Shown: positions 1 through 12,737, numbered from the stretch's first letter. The stretch is 64,000 bases of DNA from Basidiobolus meristosporus CBS 931.73 (GCA_002104905.1 MCFE01000380.1:1-64000); one strand, 5' to 3'. The notes: a model not told the origin generated them from the sequence alone. Program-made: numbers and translations.

Positions 1-894
1 CCAATAGTCAGGATTGAATCAGAGCAGAACAATGAGAACTTTTTCACTCCAGAGGACCCTATAGTGGGGTTCAGCCTGAATAAGTGCCCAGGAATATCCC
101 AGAGGGGATCATTCCAGTGTCAAATGCAAGAAGATCCAACAGGAAAAGAAATGGCCAAAATTACTATACAAATGAGGGTACTTTTGTGCATCAACAATTG
201 AAACTTGGCCAATTTCACTCTGTCACAGAATCTAGTACCCTAACTGATTTTCCCTAACCCAAACATAACTAATCCCTGTTATGGTTTATTTTATCACTTC
301 TCAGAATTGATTTTTAGCAGTGACACCTGTTCAATTTTCTTGTGGGCATTCCATCCTCAACTGATCTGCTAAGCCTTTCCAAGTGATTAGTCACCTGGGA
401 TTTTTCCAACCACTTAGCAGTTGCCAAGACATCAGCTGATTAATGATGCAATTTTTCATTTATCTTATGCACCTATCAACACCCCAACAGATTTCAATTA
501 GTCTAGTCTCTTGGTGCTTACTAATGCAACTCAATTAGAAAAGTATAAATAAAGTTTACTGAAACTTTTGGTTTAGTGTGTGTCTCAACAAAATTAAGAA
601 TTTAACAAATCCATTCTAGTTTCTACCCAAGCTTTGCATATCTAGCACTCTCAAGAACACCAAGCCTAGCCTGCATAGCAAACCTACTCTGTTGTCTTTA
701 TAGCTCAACTCAGCTATATATAAGACCAATATTAGACCAGAACCTCTCTGCTAATATTTCTGTCACTCTTGACAATTCTAAGATTCTGCACTTAGTTGTC
801 ACTTAGGTTCAGTTAACTCATTCAAGAGTTTTAGTACACTTTTCTCTTGGATACAACAGGTACAAACTTAGCCTATGCCAATTCAGTCCATATT

Positions 895-2463
895 GATGAA
901 CCTCAGACTTTAAAAGAGGTCCTAAATAGCCCTCACAACAATGTTTTGAAGATCTACAATGACTGAGGAATATCAGGCCCTGATGGAAAATCAAACTTGG
1001 GACTTGGTCAATTTACTAATCATCCCAAAATCAATTGGATGCAGAGGGATCTTCAAGACAAAATACAAGGCTGATGATATAATTGAAAGACACAAAGCAA
1101 GACTTGTGGCCAAAGGATACTCTCAAACAAAAGAACTTGACTGTTCTAAGACCTTTGCACCAGTAGCCAACTTTAATTCCACGAGATTAGTACTGGCTAT
1201 TGCAGCTAAATATAAGTTTTTTGTACATCAAATGGATACAAAGCTGCATTTTGGAATGGAGAACTTGATGAGCATTTATATATGGACTAGCCTGATAGGT
1301 GTGTTGACCAGAATAGCCCCCACTTGGTCTGAAAGCTTAAAAAATCTCTGCATGGTGTCAAACAATCACCTAGAGCCCTAAATTGCAAAATAGATTCATA
1401 TCTGAAATCTTTGAGTTTTAAAAGGAGTAATGCTGACTTTGGTATATACTATAAGCCAGATAGAGCAAATCCAGTTTTATTGGCTCTATATGTGGATAAT
1501 TTTATTATAGCCACCAATAACCTGGAAATACTGGCAGAGACTAAATCCAGCCTATCTTAAGAGTTCAAGATGTCCAATCTAGGAGAACTCAGTTACAACT
1601 TGGCAATAAAGTTCCTCATAGATAGAAGTACCCAGACTCTCACCCTAAGCCAATCAAAGTATATTCAAGATACACTCAAGTAGTACCAAATGGAAGATTG
1701 TAAGCCAGCAGCCACCCCAATGGAGACAAACCTTAACTTGGTCAAAACTCAACCAAATCAAGAGAGCTTGGTGCCATCTGAAAGCCCTAACTTTCTTGAT
1801 CATTGTATGACCAGCAGTTGGATGTTTGTCATGCTTGGAACATGTCCAGATATCTCATACTGAGTGGGAGCTGTCAGCCTGCATAATCAGAACTATAGAT
1901 CCAAGCAAATTGTAGCAGTTAAGCGGATTTTTAGATATCTAAAAGGAACTGCTGATATCTGCATAAGATACACTTATAAGAACTCAGAACAGGATCATGT
2001 GGGATACTCTGATGCTGGTTGGGACAAGAATTAGCAGAAGATCCACTGCAGGATGCACCTTTCTTCACTGTCAAGGAGCAATTTCATGGAATTCAAGAAA
2101 GCCACCACCTGTAGCACTCTCTATCACAGAGGCAGAGTATATGGCAGCCTGTGAAGCTACAAAAAAAGCAATGTGGTTAAGAAAGCTTCTTACAGAATCT
2201 GGCCCATGCCAAAAATGCCTATTACTTTATTTCAAGATAATCAAGGATATATACAATTAGGTAGAAATCCAACTGTTCATGCTAGAACTAAGCACATAGA
2301 TATTAGACATCATTTCAAATGTGAAGCTACAGAGAGTAACTTAGTTATCTTAACTTACTGTCCTTCAGATAAAATGATTGCAGATATATTTACCAAACCA
2401 TTAGCTAGAGACAAATTTGAATATCTTGGGTCAAAATTAGGACTAGTCAGTGTGAACATTTAG
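895..2463 (+). mobile_element. Decayed Ty1/copia LTR retrotransposon pol fragment (RT + RNase H) with stops and frameshifts
   Basis: Motifs DEPQTLKE, ENQTWDLV, RHKARLVAKGYSQ, HQMD, LYVDN (YVDD decayed, 1489-1500), STAG, SITEAEYMA, DNQG, RTKHIDIRHHF, MIADIFTKPL, spread over several frames. Confidence 0.95.
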
Positions 2464-2466
2464 CTT

Positions 2467-2600
2467 AGTGGGAGTGTTGTATAATTTGGAATTAGACCTA
2501 AATATCCACCTGACTTAGTTACTTAGATCATTACCTTCAAATCCTAGAGAATACTGACCAGATTCTGTGTTGGGATTTACTTATAATAATTTCACCAAAA
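2467..2600 (+). mobile_element. Copia polypurine tract and probable start of the 3' LTR
   Basis: AGTGGGAG straight after the RNase H stop, followed by TGTTG at 2475 (canonical PPT then TG LTR start); LTR end not determined. Confidence 0.6.
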
Positions 2601-3280
2601 TATCAGGTATCTAGAACAAGAAAATTCTCAAAGCTGACCAAACAGCCCTAAACTTGGCACACATGTTCTTGGGACCTTCTTAAATCTATTCTACATGTTG
2701 GTTATGCCAAGATCATGTAAAAGTATAAATACTTCTTTACATTCAACAAATCATTAAGTGAAAGCCACATAATCTACTTATCCTCCCAATCACTTCCAAT
2801 ATCTCCAAGACTCCTACAACAAATATCAAGTACCCAGAACATGAAAATTCTCAAATTGCTCAAACTGCCCCAAACTTTGCACACATATTTTTGGGACCTT
2901 TCTAAACCTATTCTACTTGGTTCTTATGCCAAGACCATGTAAAAGTGTAAATACTACTTTACATTCAATAAATCATTAAGTGAAGACCACATAATCTACT
3001 TGTGCTCCCAATCACATCCAATATCTCAAAGACTCTTACATCAGACATCAGGTACCCAGAACATGAAAACTCTCAAAGTTGTCAAAACAGCCCAAAACTT
3101 TGCACACATGCTCTTGAAACATTTTTAGATCTATTCTATCTGTGTATTGTGCCAAGACTATGTGAAACTATGAACAATACTTTTAAGTTCAATAAATCAT
3201 TAAGTGAAAACCATGTGATCTGCTTGTCCTCCCAGTCACTTCCAATATCTCCAAGACACTTACAACACTTATCAGCCAGC
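2597..3280. repeat. Degenerate tandem array, three ~223-bp units
   Basis: Anchor TATCARGTACCCAGAAC-like recurs at 2601, 2824, 3046 and partly at 3270; CAATAAATCATTAAGTGAA and CCCAATCACTTCCAATATCTCCAAGAC recur at the same period. Confidence 0.9.
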
Positions 3281-3289
3281 CTCTTTCCC

Positions 3290-4443
3290 AGAAACCCAGT
3301 CCCAAGCTTGATGATACTATGCAAATTGACAGTGCTAGATACAAGCAACTTACAAAAGAAGAAAGATCCAGATGTCAGCAGGCAAGCCTCTGCCTTGACT
3401 ATGGCCAGCCAGGCCACTTTGCCAAGCCCTGTCCTATCAAGAGGTCCAGCTTCAAACTCCTGCCCTTATCAAGTGAACAGTCTTCTCCATAACTGTTGGG
3501 AAACTCCAATATCTAGTTACAATGACAGGGTTGCAACTGGATCCTCCAACAAAAATTCAACATATTCAAGATACATCATATGCTACTAAGTCTATCCAGT
3601 CCTGAAGAATGCCTGTTAACATCCGCATCCTTGAATCCAGCCCTGTCCATGTCCTTGCCCTCATAGGTTCTGATGCTTCCTCCTGTTTCATTGATCAATC
3701 CTTTGTCCAGAGGCACAGAATCTCTACTGTCCTGAAATCCTGTCCTGTCCATGTTAAAAATTATTGATGGAAGATCCCTCTCTTCTGATGCTGTTACCCA
3801 TGAGACATGTCTACTCCAGCTGTCAAGTACTAGTCACCATGAGACACTAGCATGCAACATCATCAACTCTCCCCACTACTCCATAGTCCTTGAAGCTCAT
3901 GGCAAAGTCACCATAAGCTATCAACTGAAATTCCCCAGAATACACTATGCCAACTCTGCAAAGATATTTAACTCTGTAGGTAAAGGACAACCTCTCTCCA
4001 AGCTTTCCCAGAGACAGGAGCCTGTCATTGCTGAAGTGACCACCTCTGATGTAAAACCTGCTAAGTATCAAGAGTTTGCCCATGTCTATGACAAGAAGAA
4101 AGCCAATCTACCCCTAGCCCATAGACCCTATGATTGTCCCATTGACCTTGAAGACAGAAACCCCCCCCCTTTGGTACTATTGACGACCTCTTGCAATCTG
4201 AGTTGAAAGAACTCCATGGCTATATCCAAGAAAACCTCCAGAAAGGTTTTATTCAGCACTCTAAGTCCCCAGCTGGTGCCCCAATCCTTTTTGTCAAAAA
4301 AAAGGATGGTACCCTAAGAATGTGTGTAGACCACTGTGCACTGAATAAGATCACAATCAAGAACCGGTACCCTTTGCCCTTGATCAACACCCTGTTGGAT
4401 CAACTCTCCACTGCTAAAGTATTTACTAAAATTGACCTTTGGG
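3290..4443 (+). mobile_element. Decayed Ty3/gypsy fragment: gag C-terminus with zinc knuckle, protease, start of RT; truncated
   Basis: MQIDSARYKQLTKEER...CLDYGQPGHFAKPCP (CCHC knuckle), protease-like [56 protein letters not shown], ends at KIDLW. Confidence 0.93.
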
Positions 4444-5029
4444 CTTTACCATTCACCATCCGGCTTTTTGTACATTGATTGTTGTAGCAAAAGTAGGGCA
4501 TTCATGCTCACTAGTGAATGGTGTTTGAAACGCCATTCGATGTAAAAGGTCTCGGAAAAGTTCGGGTGCTTTCGGAGAAATCCCAACATTTGCTATCATG
4601 GAATGTTTCCACAACCCACAAGCGATAGAAGAAGACTACGAACGGTCGAACAAGCTTCGAAGATAGTGGTGGGCAGATAATGAAGTGCCAACGTCACCTA
4701 ACAAACTGGCCGGTTGAAAAGTCGGAAATCTGAATATCAATACTGATCAAGATCACCATCACTTCTGACGTGAAGAGGGGGCCGACAATTCACATTAGAT
4801 TAGAGTGTGAATAGGCTAATTGCCATCACACCATTATTAATATTACAAAATCCCAAAATATGCTGGGATTGATATACGAGAGTAACTCCGATAATCATTA
4901 GTCAGCTTGAATTGATAGTCGACTTGTTGGAATCACATCTAAATGATGATCAACGATACTTCTAAGGAAATCACAAACAAGAATATGGATGATCCAGTTT
5001 AAAACAATCGTATGATATTTTAAATGGCG

Positions 5030-5250
5030 CCGGCATCGCTTGAGATTGGATGCTCAAGGTGTTGAAGCACTATCCGCAAACAAACAGCCCAGTTGAGAGA
5101 GCGCCTTATGGAGAATATCCAGCTAATACGGCATTACTGATGTCGATTTGAAGGCCTCTGCGGGATGGGTTCAGTTCTTTGTATCACCATTCGATAAGAT
5201 AGCAGGAATCGATTAGGTGGTGAATCCGAGATGGTGCATACAAGTCCTAT
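5030..5250 (+). pseudogene. Remnant of a pogo/Tc5 (CENP-B-type HTH) transposase
   Basis: Frameshifted translation DLKASAGWVQFFV...LGGES resembles the family motif FKASxGWLxxFxxRH...GES. Confidence 0.55.
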
Positions 5251-6864
5251 AGACAGGGGTGGCAAGACAGATAGAAGCAGGGTTAGGGTGGCAAGATAGA
5301 TACAAGCTCAGCTGCTGGGACTAACATGTGTTACCAGGCATTTCTAATGGAAGGTCATCATCCATCCTGTACGAGAGCATACTGAAATAGACCGGCACCA
5401 TCGGGAAAATGGGAAAACTTTGCTTCTTGCGCTACTCGATCGACAAATTGAAACCGCGAATGTTTTGGTAAGCTTCAGCATAGTTCTGGGAAGTTTGGTT
5501 GCGGTCATTGAGGCTTTGAAACAGAAAGTAAGGTGTTATATTAAATGCTCGCTGTACCAGCTCTGTTAGTAAGCTCTGCATACGATACGCGTATATTCAC
5601 CCATGAAACAATCCGAGTTATTGGAGTGATGCTCTGGTGGATTGGAGAATAGACCAATTAACACCAAGGCTTCTTCCATTGGATCATGCCATACAGTGAC
5701 AACCTCAACAGATCGATAAGCAGGCATACGCCAGAGACATATTATGTAGTTGAGCATGGATGTGACTAGCTTACTATAACAAGGGGGAAAGCGTAAATGA
5801 AAATGGCCTATCGTAGAACATGTGCTATCTTCATGGTAGCTGGTCATTACGGCATCAGTTGAATCCAGTTCGAAAAGAGCTAGGCATTCGTTCCCAGAAA
5901 TAAGGTTACATCACCGGCAACTAGATTCTGTTTGATGTCATGGACTATGTAAGATGCTCAAGCAAATCCCGTCTCCGCGAACATATCCTGGAAACAGCCA
6001 TTGCCCCAAAAAGTGCTGCTTCTATCATAGTGATCGTAACATTCGAAGGTTGTACTCGCACCAAACCGGTTTCCTCCACTGGATTTGGCAATGCAAGCAC
6101 TGTCCTCAATCGTGACGACCACCTAATCTCTGATGACTGACCATCGTCATCATGAGTAGTGAAAATCCGTTGTCAAATCCGAAAATATTCACTGTCACGG
6201 AGTTGGCGTTAGATTGGCGGGAGTGGGTTTGGTGAGGAGCGATCCCCTAACCCTAGATCATACCTACGCCGATGGGATTGGTCAAAGCTGTCTCATCTGC
6301 AAGTGTTACTGAGCCCACATCCGGTTTGGAAAGCCAATTTTTTTGAGGCGTCGCCCAATCAAGAGCGCGTTCAGCCGGTCACATTTGCTCAATGAAAAGT
6401 GCACCGCCTAGGCGTAGAGCATTCAGGCATATTTTTTAGGCCTGAGAAAGCGATCGCACAATAATTGCCCAAATTCACTCAATGATATTTGCTGCTCAGG
6501 GGAATTGCCATCAACCTAATGAGTAGAGGTTTTTCATTCATAACCCATATGAATTTGCCAAAAAATGAACCAATGATGACCTATCAATCCCCATTTAAGG
6601 AATCCAAATATGCCTTCGACTTCCTAAATCATGGCGACTTTAAATTAATATAAGGGCGCAATGGGTTGCCGTGCTCCCTCAACTCAGCCTTGTACATTCT
6701 TTCTTAGCTTGGGGATTCCTTTGGTTTTGTTCTTATTGTCGGAGAATAGAACCGATTTAGCTGGCAAGTTTCCTTCAAACAATCAGTTTTGAGTAGATAT
6801 ACCATAGCACCCTTCACACTGTGAATTTAAGTTCCGAGGCCGAATTCTAGCTAAACTTCCCATC

Positions 6865-8375
6865 ATGTCGGTTACCGAAACAGAACTACCTCTTCACAAA
6901 GGCTCCCGTATGCTTAGCGGAGCCAAGGGGCTTTGTGACTCCCCTGTAGCCTGGTTGATCATGTATTTCTTCTTCAACCTTGGTTTGACCCTGTACAATA
7001 AGGCCGTCATGCAATTGTTCGATTTTGGCTTCCCCTGGACTCTCACAGGAATCCACACTCTTTGCGGCGCTATCGGCTCCTACCTGCTTTACCTCTTTGG
7101 TGTGTTCAAGCCAAGAAAGCTGGGAGAGAGAGAGAACACCATCATGCTTGCATTCTCGGTGTTGTACACCCTGAACATTGCCATCAGCAACGTGTCACTG
7201 TAAGTACACCTCCACTGGATTCCTTGTTATCCACATCACACGCCATGAAACACGTTGAGCTAACAGGTTGCCTCGAACTTTTCTATTCTCTGCTTGCTCA
7301 TCGAATGTGCCATCTGCAGTCATCTTGTCACAGTTCCGGTAAGTAGCAGACAACAGTCGCACTAGATAGATAGATAGATAGACAAAGAGAGGTGGGGGAG
7401 GAGTCAAGAGATCTGAGGATGAAAGTACTAACTCGGAGTTGTTATTCCATGATTTAGTTCCACCAAGTAGTCAGAGCAATGACCCCGCTTTTCACGATCA
7501 TTCTGTCGGTTGCCTGTTTGAAAGCCAGCTATTCCAAGATGACATACATTTCACTTTTGCCCGTAAGTAGTCTTTTTTACTTGACAATGGATAGAGTGTG
7601 AGGTGCGGTGTGTGGGGGGGGGAGGCGCCCAAGTGAGGACTGAGGGTGTAAGAGTTTGGAGTGGTTGTTGAGTACACATTTGGCTAACTGAAAGACCATT
7701 GTTGGCGTTGTCGATTGTAGGTGATCTTTGGAGTGGGGTTTGCCACCTTCGGAGACTACTACTTCACGGCGATGGGCTTCTTCTTGACCGTCCTTGGAAC
7801 AGTGTTGGCGGCCGTGAAGACCGTGGTGACCAACAAGGTGCAGACCAGCGGATTGAAGCTTCACCCATTGGATTTGCTGTACCGGATGTCACCCCTTGCC
7901 TTCATGCAGACCGTCATGTATGCCTACATGACCGGAGAGCTTGAGGCAGTGGCTGTCTTCGCACGGACCGAGATGAGCTGGACCCTGGTGATTGCGTTGG
8001 TGGTGAACGGAGTGATCGCATTCTTCCTGAATGTGGTCAGCTTCACCGCGAACAAGAAGACCTCAGCACTGACCATGACCGTGGCCGGGAACGTGAAGCA
8101 GGTGTTGTCGATCGTGTTGGCAGTGACCATCTTCAACCTGGACATCTCTGCCATGAACGGGATTGGGATTGTGCTCACTCTGCTCGGAGGAGTGTGGTAT
8201 ACGTAAGTAGCGAGCGATGAGACGATTGTTCGGGATCAGAGAGCTAACGAGCGATTGGTTGTGCGTGAATAGGTATATTGAATACAAGGAGAAGGAGAGC
8301 AAAGCGAAACTGAAGTCACAGATGGCGAATGAACAGCAACAACGCTTAATATCTGTTCGGACCGAGAAGATTTAG
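6865..8375 (+). CDS. TPT/SLC35E-family nucleotide-sugar transporter, copy A, 5 exons
   Basis: Exons 6865-7199, 7320-7338, 7458-7562, 7721-8202, 8273-8375 join in frame: YFFFNLGLTLYNK, SNVSLHLVTVPFHQVVRAMTP, NKKTSALTMTVAGNVKQV. Confidence 0.9.
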
Positions 8376-10586
8376 GCCTAACAATACTCTTCTTGATTCA
8401 GTACCATCCATTCTAACCCCTTAAAGCAACCCATTTTCATCGAATCTGGTTGATGAATTCAACAATGTCATTCGCTGACTTTAGAATCCATGTTTTATGA
8501 TACTCGTGAGGACACTATCTGTATCACTAACATCTCATTTGCACTTGGCCATTTACGCACAGTTGTGGTAGAACTCGCATTCACCATGGTTCAGCTTAGT
8601 TGTAAAACTTTGTAATCTTTGCCATCAACACCCTGTTTCTTTGAGCTGTTGTTTGTTTCAGCTATTATGTACCATAGTATTACAAATTCCCATTTTATCC
8701 CGACATCGTTTCATTTCACTATTAGTCCCACATTCCTGTTGCAGAACTCCAACCCCAAAGCACCAGACCGCATGGGTCTAGCTCTAAGCCATACAATAAA
8801 CCCTTATCACATTCCCAAATCGAACCATGCGCACTCCAACTCCATCTATGATCACCACCCCCATCATTTCTGGGATATTGTCCTTAATGAAATAAAGGAG
8901 AAAATCAAATCCAGATCAGATATGAAATTCCATTTTATTCTCCCATCAATTTTCGCAGGCTCTTCCGGACAACTTGGTGGATATCGCGGAGATGCCAACC
9001 TAGTATCTATTCAATGATATTAAATCCAGGAGCACGTGGACAGGCCAAGGGCCCACTGGTACATCCACCATGAGCTAATCACCAACGGGTTACCGGATTT
9101 AGAACAGAAACTTAATTAAATTTTACCACTACCAACTTGAGCACTGCCGGCCAATCAGTATGGTGGTGATGAGTGCTGGCGTATGTGTAGAAAAAGCACC
9201 TATTCATCGCAGCCAATGCCAACCATATCCTCCGAACTCTAGCAAAGTTAAAGTTACGATACGCCATCTCCATCCATACAACCTGCTTATTCCATTTTAC
9301 CACTCGGAGGGTTGGGGGAAGTTCACGCCAAAAACCTCGCCATATATGGGCTCGTTTATCGATCCACGAGTCCACTAGTACCGTTGAAGACCGCGGTTCG
9401 ATATCCGCCTAATCGATGACGTCTGTAGGGTTGGGTACACGCCTAATTACGGCCCTATGTGTCATCATCGGTGGTATATTCGGAGTTGAGCTCCTATTCA
9501 TGGAAGGGTGCGGGCAAGCACAACACAGCGATTACTTTGAAGCTATCCATCAGCATCTTCATACGCCTTTGTTATCCACTGATCAGCAATACAAACCATA
9601 CGTTACCCAAGATGAAATAGGAAAGCAGGGGTGGACTGTACCTGACTGATATTCTTACTGCCACCTACATTCGAGTAAGTGGTAAGGCTGGTTAGGGTTA
9701 GGAATGACTGACGAAGCATCAAGCCACTTGACAGCAAGTTTCAAAAATTAATCTCAGGCTGTGGATAATTAGTGTGGTGCGTGGATCTGCCAAGCTTACT
9801 GGGCCAACAGAAACAAGGTCATTCTGACGCAACCATTAATGAAAATTCCATCTAATCAGTGATAAAGTTCAAGCTTTCCGGTCTAACGAGAGGGAGCCTA
9901 GGATGCATGAAAAAGGTTATCCTGGAGCGACATAGTTAGATGCCTGCACGTATAATCGATGGTGCAAATTTCGTCCAACGGAGTTCAGGTTTGGTTTACT
10001 CATCCCCTGAAGAAGTGCTGCATTATCTAACCGTGCTAACCACAACAATAAGTATCGCTTAAGGATCCGACTCCGGATTTTTCTCATTACCACGCACCAT
10101 TGGCTACACAAATAATTATTTCATGATGTTGCCGGTTGCCTAATCCATTCTCCAATTCAAATTAGTGCTCGGTAATAATGGCAGTAATAAAGGTAAGGAA
10201 GGAAAACTGTCGAAATCCGGTTTTTTTTCCTAAATGAGATAGAGGCACCAGAGCCAGAGGCCTTCATTATGTGTAAATGAGATGCCAGTGACCTAGTTGA
10301 AGATGGGATTTACCCCATAGTGGCCTATTACATATATATATATGCTGCTCCAATCACATCCAATAGATGCTCAACTAATGTAACGTACTTCTGCAGAGGC
10401 TCGGTGCTTATATAACGGAGTCCAGAGCGCTGTCAAATCCAGCTAGCAGTCTTTTTCTTGCCCTTTCCCCCTGGCGTCTTATAGTGCGGGTCAACACATT
10501 CAATTAGCAAACGCCAACAGTGACTAGTTCATCTGATTCATACCACATATATCCTCGTCCCCTCCTATCAAGTTGTTGAAAAGATT

Positions 10587-12105
10587 ATGTCCGTCGCTCA
10601 AGTAGAACTACCGCTTCACAAAGCCACCCGCACACCTGCGCTCACAGGTGGTAGAGGACTGTGGGACTCCCCTGTAGCCTGGTTGATCATGTATTTCTTC
10701 TTCAACCTTGGTTTGACCCTGTACAATAAGGCCGTCATGCAATTGTTCGATTTTGGCTTCCCCTGGACTCTCACAGGAATCCACACTCTTTGCGGCGCTA
10801 TCGGCTCCTACCTGCTTTACCTCTTTGGTGTGTTCAAGCCAAGAAAGCTGGGAGAGAGAGAGAACACCATCATGCTTGCATTCTCGGTGTTGTACACCCT
10901 GAACATTGCCATCAGCAACGTGTCACTGTAAGTACACCTCCACTGGATTCCTTGTTATCCACATCACACGCCATGAAACACGTTGAGCTAACAGGTTGCC
11001 TCGAACTTTTCTATTCTCTGCTTGCTCATCGAATGTGCCATCTGCAGTCATCTTGTCACAGTTCCGGTAAGTAGCAGACAACAGTTGCGCTAGATGGATA
11101 GATAGACAAAGAGAGGTGGGGGAGGAGTCAAGAGATCTGAGGATGAAAGTACTAACTCGGAGTTGTTATTCCATGATTTAGTTCCACCAAGTAGTCAGAG
11201 CAATGACCCCGCTTTTCACCATCATTCTGTCGGTTGCCTGTTTGAAAGCCAGCTATTCCAAGATGACATACATTTCACTTTTGCCCGTAAGTAGTCTTTT
11301 TTACTTGACAATGGATAGAGTATGAGGTGCGGTGCGTGTGTGGGGGGGGAGGAGGCGCCCAAGTGAGGACTGAGGGTGTAAGAGTTTGGAGTGGTTGTTG
11401 AGTACACATTTGGCTAACTGAAAGACCATTGTTGGCGTTATCGATTGTAGGTGATCTTTGGAGTGGGGTTTGCCACCTTCGGAGACTACTACTTCACGGC
11501 GATGGGCTTCTTCTTGACCGTCCTTGGAACAGTGTTGGCGGCGGTGAAGACCGTGGTGACCAACAAGGTGCAGACCAGCGGACTGAAGCTTCACCCGTTG
11601 GATTTGCTGTACCGGATGTCACCCCTTGCCTTCATGCAGACCGTCATGTATGCCTACATGACCGGAGAGCTTGAGGCAGTGGCTGTCTTCGCACGGACCG
11701 AGATGAGCTGGACCCTGGTGATTGCGTTGGTGGTGAACGGAGTGATCGCATTCTTCCTGAATGTGGTCAGCTTCACCGCGAACAAGAAGACCTCAGCACT
11801 GACCATGACCGTGGCCGGGAACGTGAAGCAGGTGTTGTCGATCGTGTTGGCAGTGACCATCTTCAACCTGGACATCTCTGCCATGAACGGGATTGGGATT
11901 GCGCTCACCCTGCTCGGAGGAGTGTGGTATACGTAAGTAGCGAGTGATAAGACGATTGTTCGGGATCAGAGAGCTAACGAGCGATTGGTTGTGCGTGAAT
12001 AGGTATATCGAATACAAGGAGAAGGAGAGCAAAGCGAAACTGAAGTCACAGATGGCGAATGAACAGCAACAACGCTTAATATCCGTTCAAACTGAGAAAG
12101 TATAA
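10587..12105 (+). CDS. TPT/SLC35E-family nucleotide-sugar transporter, copy B, 5 exons
   Basis: Same exon structure and motifs as copy A; stop TAA at 12103-12105. Confidence 0.9.
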
Positions 12106-12549
12106 AAGCACCAATCAACAGCTTGATGGATTTTATCAGTTGTGCTTAACCTGTATAGCTATACACTCCGCAATGTCGCTGAGCTACAATCCGTACCCAC
12201 CGTTTGCTGGCATACCATTCATGGCTCGTCAATCCTGAAAACGCATCATTTCAACTATGTACTATATAGCCGCCAATAATACTAGCCTAGTCATTATAAT
12301 ATATAAACTAATTCCAACAACATCCATGAGCTGTAATGATTGTGTGATCGTCTTTTTCGAAGTCCTGTGGTCCTGGTTACTAGCAGGTGCTGCAGTAATA
12401 GGATTTGTGTGCCATTGAATACAGCTTCTGCATAATGCAAATCTCACTGGCATGCATGCCTTCAGGACAGTTCAGTAGGCAATCCCGATCTAGATCATTA
12501 CATGGGATGAACAAATAGGAATAATCCGGATGGAGAATTCAATATACGG

Positions 12550-12572
12550 TTAGGGTTAGGGTTAGGGCTAGG
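12550..12572 (+). repeat. Interstitial (TTAGGG)3 telomere-like repeat upstream of DGK1
   Basis: TTAGGGTTAGGGTTAGGGCTAGG. Confidence 0.85.
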
Positions 12573-12737
12573 TGGAATCCAAGAATTCCATCAACCGTGC
12601 CTAGCCGTTGCCACGTGAAAATGACGGTCAGTTTTTTTGAAGCAATGGGAAATCATGATGATAGTATCCATAAAATTGTTTGAATCTGGGCTGGCTGCCT
12701 TGGTATTCATTCTCCAAATTTCTTCCACCACCAAATC

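Noticed and set aside
2597-3280. Tandem array considered as a CRISPR-like or coding repeat; ORF 3002-3589
   Set aside because: No repeat-spacer alternation; whole units are homologous. The ORF is a chance read through array and gag DNA in CpG- and stop-poor sequence.
7200-7319. Internal GCTAACAG|GT in transporter intron 1 looked like a recursive-splice (zero-length exon) site
   Set aside because: The AG is only 1-2 nt from the branch A. CTAACAG also occurs as a plain branch site in ERF2's last intron, and a distant branch point with an AG-free pyrimidine tract explains it more simply.
8376-10586. Small ORFs between the transporter copies, e.g. 9416-9649 with a hydrophobic N-terminus
   Set aside because: No recognisable motif or consistent exon chain; indistinguishable from chance.
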